NCBI GenBank assembly: GCA_002633005.1
Contig: NMRA01000002.1
Span: 1,075,278-1,139,277 of the forward strand
Direction: 5' to 3'
Length of the DNA stretch: 64,000 nt
Source of the DNA: Phoronis australis
Taxonomy: Eukaryota; Animalia; Phoronida
Of the stretch, positions 1 to 11,950 are shown one piece after another. Every line of letters starts with the position of its first letter. The stretch's first letter is position 1. A program made the position numbers and the translations under genes. The notes below the pieces were generated by a model, which had not been told where the DNA came from, ran no database searches, and worked only from the letters and a program-made list of their open reading frames with translations.

Positions 1-1921
1 CGCAACAATTCTCATAGTGAACAATGTCTACTAGGCCAATTATTTCCTGGTTGTTGACATTTCCAACATGCATTTTATTGTCTGAAGTACACGTCATCAA
101 AGGAGAATCGGATATGTAGCACCCTTAAACTGAACTTGAATTTTGAAAACCATGTCATTTGCAGGATGCTTGAGATTTCAGTGCACTGTATCACTACGCT
201 GCATTGTCTAAGCCCAACGCTCATACTGGCATCGTGTCTGGTGTTCACTTTTTCACCTGTTATCCATCTCCAAATCAGGATGCTAGTTCGCTTCACCCAA
301 ATTAAGAGAATTTAGAAAGTAGAATATATTCTTTATGCTATTGGGTCAAATGTAAGATGGCTTTGTGAGACCACAAACCGTCTCAACTACACAAACTATC
401 ACAATCCTCAAAAGTCGACAGTTTGTACTGTTCTGTTCTTCGAAGCACAGATTGGCGTAATTTGTGGTGCTACGATTTGTAATTTGTGGAGTTGCACAAA
501 CTGCCTTTACTAGTTTCCCAGTCTTATTGGAAATCACAAGTTGTCAAAGTGAGTAGATGTGTGTATTTCGGTTCTCAGGGCTCTGACAGAGGAAGTCACA
601 CAACATATCCTCTTGGTTATTAGTTCATTCCAAAAAGCGCCAACAGAAACAACGCTACATGTACGTATGGTGAGACGGACGAAGGCCCGCGTAGAACAGG
701 ATTCATTTTTACTTACTTTTCAGCACCTGACTAAGACAATGAGATCACAAATAACCAAATATTCTGGTAACTTGCTGAAAGCATTAAGCAGTGCAGTAGT
801 GGGATTATATATTTCAATGGTCGGTTAATTTGCATCAACTTCTGTATTAGATTTTCTACGCTCAGTTTATTATGGAATGTGAAACGTCGTGGGGGAAATC
901 TACGAGAGAGGTTAATGCACATAAACCAAATAGCGAAGTATCTAATTATTCAATAGCGCTTGAACAGTCACCGCAGTAAAATATATTGAAGCAAAAAAAA
1001 CAAAAAATGAAAAAATGAAGTGATAGAAAGAGGCTATGAATAGCTTGTTTAGTTGATGTCGTGATCGCGCAGTGATTGATTACGTAGTGTGCTAGGTATG
1101 ATTAAGCTTACTGTAAATCTGTTTAATCATCCCCCTTTGAAACCTGCGACACGCAATCAGCCGCTGGTCTCGTAATCACGTTTAAGAATGGTGCCGCAAT
1201 TACTTACACAATAACACGACAGTTGACGTACAAGTGTAGGTCACGGTCAAATCAAACTTGCAGGCGTGGCGTTGGGTGGTACTTTAAGGTTAGACTGTAG
1301 CCCTGACCGATTTGCAGTGCCTAGAAATTAGATATTTTGGGGAAGTCAGGTTCTACGGAATTACTATAGGTTCAGTGCATCTGCTTGCATTTGTGAACAG
1401 GTTGGAAATTCGAAAAGTCCATTAGTTCGGATGCAGATACACTTTTCCTCAGAATGGCGGCCCCTTTGCCGCATTGCCGCGTAACGACTGAGAAATCTGC
1501 TACGATTTCAAGTGGCCCTCCGACAACCCAGAATTGCAAAAACAATCTAGTTGGATGGCAGCATTTTTGGAATCTTTAGGAATTTGCATTCAGAATTCAG
1601 CGTTGTCTTGTGTCTAGCGATTCGCGTTTTTGAACTTTTTTCTTTCGGAGCGTCACCTCGGTGGAAATGAAGGGACAAAAATATGGCACTATGACACAAA
1701 ACAAATTTGATGTGGTCATGAGTAGAGATTTTGATGTGAAACTTTTCATTTTGTTCATAGAGTTTTCGACAGAGTGGAATACAGGCAACAAGAGCACTGC
1801 CAAGTAAAACCGAATGAGAACTGTACGGTGCATTCATAGACCACCTGTAAACAATTCATAAGATGTTGCGCCACCCGGTGGCCAGTTCGCGGAGGGAGGT
1901 TTTCTTCCACATTTTGGGTAC

Positions 1922-2064
1922 GAGGATACCACATTACGGGTAGGAAGGAGTACCGCACATTATGGGTACGGGAGAAAGCTGGTATCGCATACTATGAATG
2001 GGAAGGGTATCGCACATCATATGGGTGGGAGGATACCGCACATTACAGGAGGTATCACTGCATA
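1922..2064. repeat. Degenerate ~23-bp minisatellite (GGATACCGCACATTATGGGT-like)
   Basis: About six diverged copies of g(g/a)ta(c/t)cgcacat(t/c)a(t/c)gg in tandem. Confidence 0.6.
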
Positions 2065-2176
2065 TTAAAAATCCAAATCAATGCAAAAACGGCTGAACAT
2101 CCGGGAGTACTTGAAACCAATCTTTTTCGCATTCCCCTGTCGCCACAGACTGTCTTAGTTATCCTACTGACAGTCT

Positions 2177-2557
2177 GACGATATGAACGATACCAAACAC
2201 ACATTCAAATTCGACACCTGACAGGTCATGTCACCCACCACTACAGCTGACACAAGGTCACGATACTTTTTAGGTCAAGTCACCCATCGACGACGATATT
2301 TGATTGGTTATGACACCCAGTTGAGATGACTCGCTGGTCCCCTGCGTGTTTAGCCCAGCTAGACGATATGAACGATACCAAAAGATAAAAACACACATTC
2401 AGTCAAATTCGATACCTGACAGGTCAAGCCACCCACCACTACAGCGACACAAGGTCACGATACTTTTAGGTCAAGTCACCCATCCACGACGATATTTGAT
2501 TGGTTATGACACCCAATCGAGATGACTCGCTGGTTCCCAGCGTGCTTAGCCCAGCCA
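2177..2557. repeat. ~190-bp direct tandem duplication inside a degenerate CGATACCTGACAGGTCAAGTCACCCA array (array resumes 3140-3295)
   Basis: gacgatatgaacgatacca...gagatgactcgctggt...tagcccagc occurs at ~2177-2360 and again at ~2362-2557. Confidence 0.85.
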
Positions 2558-3104
2558 GCACGCAGGTATCACGCAGTGGCACGTGCTTTAGCATTGGTTG
2601 ATGTAACCTCGGCAGTCATTGGTTAGCTCTACAACACCGTGAAAAAAATGGCGGACTGTGAACGATTTTTAGCTTTGTCATGCAAGTGGCGTCGCAGTAA
2701 CTATTTCGTTTCTGCAGTGATGTTTAATAGCCGCGTGCTCAGTTGAAGCACATACATGTACAACAAACACATATCTGGCCGATCTAACTGGTGTGTTATT
2801 CATACTGTATGAATACAGGACACTATAACAAAACTCATCGACAGTAGAAAGATGCATTCCGAAAAGGCTTCACATTTCCTCGAACATAAATTTTAAGCAC
2901 CCGATTTGTCCGTACAACAGACCACATTTACACTTCAGTCCATCAGTCATGCCAGTTTGTTTGCGTAAAGCGCTGCCTGTTGAGAATTCGACTAGGCAAT
3001 CAGAAACGCCGGTGTAAAAAAATTTTCCAGACGAAAATTAAGTGATACCTGCGGAATGGCGCGCGCTACCGCCCCACCTAGCGGCACGCAGGGAACCAGC
3101 GAGT
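2525..3104. mobile_element. Non-autonomous TIR element (MITE), ~580 bp
   Basis: Left actcgctggttcccagcgtgc / right gcacgcagggaaccagcgagt inverted ends; subterminal gcaggtatcac / gtgatacctgc; flanking direct repeat cgagatg at 2518-2524 and 3105-3111. Confidence 0.8.
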
Positions 3105-3383
3105 CGAGATGGCAGATGCACGTCACGTCATCCACCCGAGACCGTACCTGACGGTCAAGTCACTCACCACAAACGATACTTGACAAGTCTCGTCTTCAAA
3201 AGGAGGCGATAGCTGACTGGTCATAACCGAGGCGATATTGACAGGTCAAGTCACCCAACCTGGACGATACCTGATACTTGAAGGTCACGTCATCGTCACA
3301 ATAGACCTCTGTGGGAGTGTTCGATCGTTCACTACAGCTTCCAAGAACGACTAGGAAAATTTGTAGCCCATATGCCTAGTTTG

Positions 3384-3552
3384 CAGTAGCGGATTTAGAG
3401 GGAGGCCAAGGGGACCATGCCCACCCCCCCCCCCCCCTAAAATTCTCCCAGATTCCATTAGGCAGTTCGGGGATGCGAATGTCTGACGGGCAAAATCCTG
3501 GCTAATATTCAGTCCTGGTCGCCCCTAACTCAAAATTCTGGATCCGCCCCTG
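3384..3552 (+). mobile_element. GC-rich MITE family A, copy 1
   Basis: Ends cagtagcggatttag ... ctggatccgcccctg; body matches copies at 15897 and 22075; flanks gtttg/gtttt. Confidence 0.85.
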
Positions 3553-4252
3553 GTTTTTACATACGCATGCAATGTAGTCATTAAATTCAGTTGCTGATGG
3601 CTTTTAGCGTTTTCAAAGGTTTACAATAAACATTGCATTTTTACGTAGTTGGTTAGCTGGAAAATATTCCAAGAAAACAAGCTGTCGAAATGAATGTACA
3701 AATGTAATTTATCTCTTTTTCCCACTCAACACATATTTGAAAATGCTTCACGTTGTAACTTAATGTTGTTCATTCCAATCCGAATGCAATGCGATGTGTA
3801 CTACATTATACACTGATATGCTCTGTGACTGCGCCGGAAGTGATGCCGAGATTACTTCAATTAGTGTGCCGGAATATCAATCCAATAGTCTTGCAATAGA
3901 CTATTATTTATCCGGCAGTCAATCGTGAGAGTAATGAATTTCCTGGTCCATGATAGATAGCCTGTGTTTACATTTACTTGAGCTGCATGGACACTCATTG
4001 AATGCGAATAAATTGCCGGTGAACGACAAAACTTCAGTCTCTTTCGAATGATTGAACTTGACGGTCTCCCGGTTCAGAACTCTCAAGCAGTTTCACAGAG
4101 TGTGCAAGACAGTATCACCGAGTGAGCCGGCCCAGTTCAATCTAGGACTGTGCTTGACTGTACTCGAGATTTAGCTCAGTACAGCTGGACAAGATCACGC
4201 TCATTCAGTACAATATTCGTCAGTTTTCGTACGACGTTATCAAATACATATG

Positions 4253-5010
4253 TAGGGTGTCCCAAAAAATGAACTCACACTTCAGTATGACGTCGGGAGT
4301 TCAAATTCACTACCCCTGTACAATGACGTCGGAAGCATTTTCGTATTATTTCGACAAATGGTCGACGAAGTCGGCAGTGCGGAGGGTACGACAGGAGTTC
4401 TCCCTCCCGTTGATAAATCAAGTCTCATTTGATGCATTCCTAGGGGGCTCGAAATGCTTTTTTGATGTACGTTATGTATAACATTGGTCTGGCGACCGCT
4501 GCACCAACCGGATTGGTTTCGGCACCTATCAGACTCTGCTCCCGGACCCACTGCATGGCTACACCTTGTGACAATATGCGCGTGATCCGCCAGGGGACTG
4601 TATACATCGGAATGGCAACCAAACGTCTCAATTTAAAAAGAAAAAACACTGCACAATCCTACGATAAACTCAAAAAAAATGTCAAAGAAGTGCAAAGTCA
4701 ATTAATTTCCGTCCCAAGTTAAAAAGCGATGCATTCATTTTGGTTAAAAAACATGCATTAGTAAAATTCTTCAGTTAGCCTACACGTTTTGAACACATTT
4801 TTACTGGGGCGAATCTTTACCCCATAGTCCCAAATATTATCTTGGACATGGACAGTGGAAAACAACTCACAAAGTTTCGGAATAACAGAAGAAAATCTCG
4901 TCATGCAACCCTTTTTGGTATTAATTTTAACAAATAATATTGTCGATAAGTCAGCAAGCAACACAGTTTTTTTGGCATTTGAAGTGTCAGTACATTTTTA
5001 GGACTCGCTG
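4253..5010. mobile_element. Tc1/mariner-like non-autonomous element (decayed)
   Basis: Left tagggtgtcccaaaaaatgaactcacacttca is the imperfect inverse of right tgaagtgtcagtacatttttaggactcgctg, which is followed by TA. Confidence 0.6.
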
Positions 5011-7809
5011 TACAACGGTAAGCTTTTACAACTAATTTTCCGAGCAAAGCATACATCGGATTAAATTATACTGTTTTATAGATGATCCTGTCAAACTTTG
5101 AGACATTATGGATAACCACAGACGTTCAAGTGATCGTCACGATCTCATCTCTTCATTTCATTCCAAATACGTTTTAAATCTTCGAGTTAGTACACTTCAA
5201 AAAATCAATAAGTGTCTTATCCACTGTATGATTGACTGATATTTCAGTGTTGTGCTTGATCTCAGCTCATCTTTGCGCCAATGTGGAATTTAAGGACCAG
5301 TCAAGGAATCTTGAGTTTAGAGCCGGATTTCGTTTTAATTCAGCAGTAACCGTGCAAGATACATCTTTATAGCCTTAAGATCGGATTTGTATATTGTATA
5401 GTTCCCTCTACTCAGTTCAGTCAACGAGATTTCACACGTGTCTGTAATCACAGTACAGTGTTTTGAATAACACAATCTTTAAAACATCAAAAATGGCTTT
5501 GTCTTTTTTTCGGAAAAATGCTCTAAAACCTATTTTTTGTTCTTGCGAGTATAAATTGCCGAGAAATAGTCGTAACAAAAAATACAGATACAACGAATGT
5601 TCGTCTTTGTTTTCGTTTTTAGTGACTTTATCCTTCGGTATTTTAAAACTCCTATGGTCGATGAATAACTAAAGAATAAATTAAAATTTCTGCCAGGCGA
5701 TTATTCTTGTAGGTGAAGGTAAACGCGTTTAAAGTCGAACGATCAGGCGGCAGGGTTGTTCGGTTAAATTACGTCATATTTAATTTAACCTATCGTTTTT
5801 CTACACCATACTGTTACTGAATAAACAAGGGGTTGCATGTTCACGATCTGTGTGGGATTTTTGTAATTTTCTTGTCAAGAAACTGGCCGATTGATAGTTG
5901 CGATCTGGTGGGTAGATCAAGCTTATTGGCAGTTCATTATCCGAACTAACACAGCCATGACATTCATGGAACAGCTAATGTATTCATAGAATTGTGGTTT
6001 ACTGTCAAAAGTTTTTGTATCGTATATATGTACACCCCGACTCAAGATCCCGGTCACAGATTTAATACTCGAAATTAAGCGAACAGAACATGGGATATGT
6101 TGATTTAAGAATTAGTCCGGGAAGTTTAGTCGCATATGATTTTGAAACAGGGTATAAACATTACGTCAGGAGTTCAAAAGTAGATGTAGAGAAATATCGG
6201 CGGATATTTGACGAATGGTTACCTAAGAGAAGGACTGATTATGTATGGTTCGGGATACCACGTTTTTCTGACAATCATCGGAAACGTTAATTGCAGACGA
6301 ATAACAGGGAATACATAATGCATCGGGAAAACACTTACAAACAATGCTTTGTGAAAATAAAACAAATTTATTGTTCAATCACCTTCTTGTCAAATTCCCC
6401 TGAAAAAATCCAAAACTGTAAATTTCAAGAAAGCTAACGGATCTGTAGACTATAAGCGAGGGAGAGGTTTATAAACTTTCAAACGTGAACAGCATGATAT
6501 GAGACCTGAAGGCAGGTGATGCACGACAAAGGTAAATTTGGGTATTTCAAATTTTCTTAGTTTTCCTTACAGACAAACAAGGCGAAAGTGTCCTTGCCAT
6601 ATTGAGCCTAAGGGTTCTTAGTAGCTCTCATGTGCCTAGAAGGGCTTGCAAATCGGCACTGCTACTTAGCTCAGTCGCCAAAACATCACAGACCACGTGA
6701 CGTGCTCAAAGTAAGCCAAGACTCTTCAAAATATACTGGAGACTTGCCCTATCAAAGGCTTCATAGCCTCCTATTTGAAGGATACGTAATTTAGCTCGAG
6801 GAAATCGACATATCACACGTAAAGGCTTAACAAATTTCTGAGAAAAACAGATAGATTGGAAGACGTCACCCGTAAGGAACCTTCGCTGAGACGAAAGGTG
6901 CCCGTGAGTCATAACCATGTAATCAGAGCAATGGCCCCAGCTGTGAGATCTAAGTGCCGTCTGGTGTACCACAATATGCATTAGGCCACCTGATACACAC
7001 TTTTTAAAACATTAGTGAAATTCTTCAGTTACACGTCTTCCGCACATTTCTTTAGGAATCGGTGCACTTTTCCTACATGAGCCCCAGGAAAGCGGTATGT
7101 CACAACAAAACCTCCAATCCTTCATGTCCCCACGGCTGATCTATTCCTAGAGCTGGCGAGGTTTGATTAACCCCCCCCCCTATATCTGGATAATATCCGA
7201 CTTTGAAGAATGCACTGCTTGTTGTGTTTTTCTTGCAGTGGTAGTTTTAGCTAAACCGTTGTCTAAATCAGTGTTTTATTGAAAACGCCTGGGCGTTCGG
7301 GGTCTCTGTGACTTTCCACAAGTTTCCAATGTGTGAGCTCGAGTAACGAAACTGAATGCTCCTTTGTATTCTTCATCCCTTTCAACTAGGTTAATGTTAA
7401 CCTATGTTGCCGTTTCCATACACTCTGTCAAAAAGCCGAAAACTCAAGACCATTTGAAAGAAAAGATTTTTACTTTTTGTGTATTCATGCTGGACATCTC
7501 TCAAAATTATTAACGACTCGTTACGTACCTTACAGAGTACTTATGTCCGAGAATGAACGGGAATTTTTTCAAAATTTTGCTTAACTGTTCCTAATGTTTT
7601 CTGCGCATGCACGTGATCTTTGTCTGTATATGTAGGTGTCGCTAGGCGTTCCATGTACACTCGCATGTATTAAACTGTTTGTTATTCATCGTATCCGCTC
7701 CTGTTGTACTTTTCAATTAACATGTACTTAATTTGAAAACATGTCAATATTTATTGTGGCAGGTTAGGCCACTTACATCTTTATTTGGGGTTGATTTACT
7801 TCCATGTCT

Positions 7810-8260
7810 CGATAGAGAGCGCTTTGTCCTCGAAATCGAACTCCAAACAATACTATTTTTGAGATTTTTTTCGTTCTTCTTTTGTTAAAACTCAAGATAA
7901 GTGTTTGTTATTTTGTGATCGACTAAATTACGATTAGCACAGATGAGTTTCTACTAGTCCAAATGAGCACTTGATGAACTATAGAGTCGAGCCGCAAATT
8001 GCATAAAAACTCCAGATGTCGAGTTCAGACTCGAACTCATAGATTTAATTATGGGGTCATCTAATGCAAACTAGGGTTAGACAGTAATTCACGTAAACTA
8101 TAATGTACTCGTGTACAGAATAATGTTGACAGTTATCTCAAGCTGAGTCTGTCAAAAGGAAAAACGGAAAATGTTCGGCTATTTCGAGTACAACCTTGAG
8201 CACTGAGTATAGTTATGAGCGCGAAATGAGTTAACTTGAGGTTACGAGTACAAGATGTCT
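7810..8260 (+). repeat. Dispersed repeat related to 34455-34860
   Basis: Shared blocks in the same order (gaaatcgaactc; gcaaacta..tta.ac..agt.attcacg). Confidence 0.5.
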
Positions 8261-8694
8261 GAGAGCAGCACAACTAAAGGCGACGGCAATTTAAAAGGAG
8301 TGCGGAGGTAAAAATCAATCAGTTTCTAATATGGTCAACCCTTTTAATGTTCATCACTGTTTTTTCCGTAAGTCGAAGAACGGGCATCTTGACTATTTGT
8401 TTGACTAATGTAGTGCGGTTCATGAGAAAAGAACATAGTTCGTCAGAAATGCATTGTGGTTTATGAGAAAAGAATTGCGTAAATGCGAACAGAACGGTGT
8501 TGATCATGAATAAGAACGCCAATATCAATGTCGGTGGTGAAGGATCTAGGATTACCGTGTACCATGTTGGTCTTTTATCGTAAATCTAATGGCCAGCAAT
8601 CATGAAACAGCAAACAAAGCTCCCTTTGCTGGAAAGGTGTACCACCCAAATCTCAAAATGCAATGGAGTGAAATACGTTAAACACCTTACATCG

Positions 8695-8909
8695 CATACG
8701 CGCACCCAGACTTCAATATGGGGGGCTCGAATTCCTAACGCCGTGGACCTTTTGGTAACAAAATAAAAAAACAGCTTGTCTAGTGCACTTTTGTCTCATT
8801 TTCTCGGACTTCTTGTTTCTCACAGTCGGACCTTTTTGCCCACTTCGCCAAATGGGGGGGGCTCGTTCGAGCCCCCCGAGCCCCCCGAGCCCCCCTGGGT
8901 GCGCGCATG
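8695..8909. mobile_element. GC-rich MITE, family B
   Basis: TIR catacgcgcacccag / ctgggtgcgcgcatg; exact 5-bp TSD catcg (8690-8694, 8910-8914). Confidence 0.85.
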
Positions 8910-10824
8910 CATCGGTCAATTGATGTTGTTCATAACCATAGCTTCTTCATGTGTTCAGCATTTAATAACAGTCAAAAATTAAAAGAAGCAATTCTGGTTA
9001 ATAAAAAGGACCACTATGAAATAATGTTACTCCAAGATCAAAAGGTAGTGAAATTGAAAATTGCTGTGCATTTGTGGTACGATCTTACACTAAAATCCCG
9101 AGACTAATACCAAGTTCACATGTGGAGTTTTTGTGAGACGTCAGACAGGATCAGAAGTCAGATCGCCTTCCTATCTGTCTCCTTACGACAAATTAACATA
9201 ATTTTAATGTGCAGAACGCTATTATTCTGGGTTAGTATCACACGTGATCACAATAGGCGAATAGATCCTAAGGGCAGAACACGTCCTTCTCAGGCGGGGT
9301 GAGAGCTCATATTTGCCGTCTGTCATTTGGGGTGCGGAAGATGAGTTGATACTTACGTCCTCTAACCGGCATTCACATAAGATTTTTTTCAGACGACTGG
9401 TCAGACGTCCAATATGCCTCCTGATCCGACAGCACGTGGACATCTTTAACGAAATGCACTCTTCCTGTGCGGTCACATTTTTACGTGTGAAATGGGAAAA
9501 TCATCCAAAATCTGTGCTGTCTGAAGAAGTGCATGTATCCTCAGATCTTGCTAGTGGATTAGTTTTTATGCGCTTCAGGAAAACGGTGTTACAAATGAAC
9601 TTCAAAACGTGTCTGTTTCATTGTTTTATATTTGCACAAAAATTAGCGAAATCCTCTCGACACTAAAAATAGCCTCAATATTCTTACAAGCTAGGGTGTG
9701 GCCAAATTATAAGAATTACCTTTAATTAGAAGTGTCAACACCCAATATTCCAAATTCAAATACTTCTCGATTGTAGCACTCAGATCTCTCAGCATATTGC
9801 CACTTTCAGACCGAGTGAAAGTGCTCTGGGAATTACCCCACTCTTGGAAATTGAATTATATCTATTAGCTGCACGTATCATTTTCAATCAACCTAATGTA
9901 AGCCTTCATGGCCACCAATGCAAAATTTTGTTACCCGTTTGTTGATTGTTACTTTTATTGAACGAAAAACACAGATTAACTGACACGAAAAAATTCAAAA
10001 TTTGCCTTAACCCCAAAGTCATTGAGTGCAAGTAATGCGCCCATGTACACCATCGCTGCACGTGTAAAACATAAGCCTGTTTTGAACTTTCCTGTATACA
10101 GTGATTTTTGATTTCCTGTCGTTTTTGTATTGAGACATTCTTGGCGTCTGAAAGGCTTTGGCGTGATTGCTGATGATTACGTTTCTACTTCAATACAGTG
10201 TAGCTTTAGGGATCTCCACGTACAGTAGACAGGCTCAGTATAAATGCAGTGGGCAGTGCGAACTCATCGGGGTTTTCAGAAGGCTTTTGAAACGTCTTGT
10301 AAAAAAATCTTTTCGTATGCAAGTAGAAACTTCGTGAAACACAATTTGACCTAATTCTTGCAAAACAAAACGTTATCAATCTAGTTTTAATGACCAACGA
10401 AACAAAAGAAAATGCGTGTCAATCAAACTCAATTCGCGTACTCACATTCGCACTGTTTACGAAGATTTCTCGTCGCGATTCTTTCGCGTGTGTCTTAAGT
10501 CTACGGAACGCATCCCACATGTGTTTCGTAACAACAGTGGAGGTAGAACATCACGCACACTTTACGCTATTTCAAGCACTCTTTAAAAAATGGTGTCAGT
10601 GAAATCATTCTTTATAATGCAACGCGTCATTTGAAAATTTGAAAATTCTCTACAGACAAGCCTCTTCTAATTGGCGCTTAATGCGTGCCTCTTTAACCTC
10701 ATATCGCATGCAAATTAGGTTCAATCAGCTGTCCCAGTCAATGAGACTCTCACCTGGGTTGTGCTACTTAAGATTCCCACCTGGGCTGCACGAAACTCAC
10801 GAAAACGCAAGATCACGCAAGTCT

Positions 10825-10890
10825 GCGAGATATCGCCAGTGCATTGCAAGCGAAGCACGTGATCACACTAGCTTCTCACGCGAGTGCATT
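10825..10890 (+). repeat. Short dispersed repeat; inverted relative at ~23675-23725, weaker relative at ~61077-61117
   Basis: gaagcacgtgatcacactagcttctcacgcgagtg vs reverse complement gaagcacgtgaccacacaagctttgctcgcgagtg. Explains the shared EARDHTSFxREC peptide in two spurious ORFs. Confidence 0.6.
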
Positions 10891-11903
10891 GCCTCTACAG
10901 AACACAGCCAAGATGTTAATGTCGTGTCTGCATGTTGACGTGCAGCCGGTCACGTGAGTATAGTGCTACCAGGTCAGTAGCGAACGGAGTACGCGGACAG
11001 ATGCATTGCAGGGGGAAAAGCACACGCACTATCTTTTGCTTCATCAGCCATTCAAAGCAAAGGTAACGTTCTGATTTACAAAATAAAAGATAAATTGAGA
11101 TTTTTGGATTCGTGCCTTGGTCTGTTTACAGACAGGTTACAAGTCTATGTTCTTGGCGAACGACGCACGCCGCCGGTGTTCAGCAGGTCGGATCTTTATA
11201 ATGAGTGGAAACAAGTAATTATCTTCGTAAGCCAACACTAGCGTGTATTATCTTACTTAGCTCCCGTCAGATTAATTCCACGTGAGGTATTTTCAGGTGA
11301 ACAAAGCATGGCAGTATTGCGTAATATCGGGCGTCAAAATCAATGCCAAACCATTAGCTGTTTCTGCTTCTGATCACTATAGGCTTCATTTCGTCTTCTT
11401 CCCTTTCTTAAAAGTTGTGTCTTTGCCGAGCATTTTTGAAATAATACGTCTGTCAATGCAACAAGCACTTGCCCTGTTTCAGAATGCAAATATAATACTC
11501 AATAGTTCATTTCCTAGTTATTATGTAATTCATCATTGTAATGAAGGCAAACTTGTATTATTGCATTTTGAGTTGCAAGAAATTGACAAAGAGGGTGAAT
11601 ATCAGTACTGGGTTAGCAGTGTATTGGTCTTCCCGCGTTAATCAACTGAGGAGTATCTGGTCTTTCAAAAAGTCGGTTAGTCATGCCGCTGCCTTTTTCT
11701 ACCTCCGCAAAAGAAGAATTCAAACCTGGACGGGTCTATTTATCAGTAAGCCACAGTCTGTCCGAATTCCAACTCTCTCGGACCAGCAGATACCAAACCC
11801 ATGGTGGGTTACAAATCCCCAGACCTACTCCCCTAGACAAAACACGAGCGGGGAAAAAGACTTCTTCACCCAGCAGTCAATCTTGAACCAGCGCCATCTA
11901 TAG

Positions 11904-11947
<44 letters not shown>
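11904..11947. repeat. (TA)n microsatellite
   Basis: Directly visible TA run. Confidence 0.95.

Positions 11948-11950
<3 letters not shown>

Noticed and set aside
1-850. Short ORFs and scattered splice-like signals at the left edge
   Set aside because: No consistent exon chain or recognisable product.
3295-3320. tcacaataga(ga)cctc hairpin-like motif shared with 22262-22285, each near a degenerate array
   Set aside because: Match is short and the arrays lie on opposite sides; insufficient to call a Helentron/DINE-like element.
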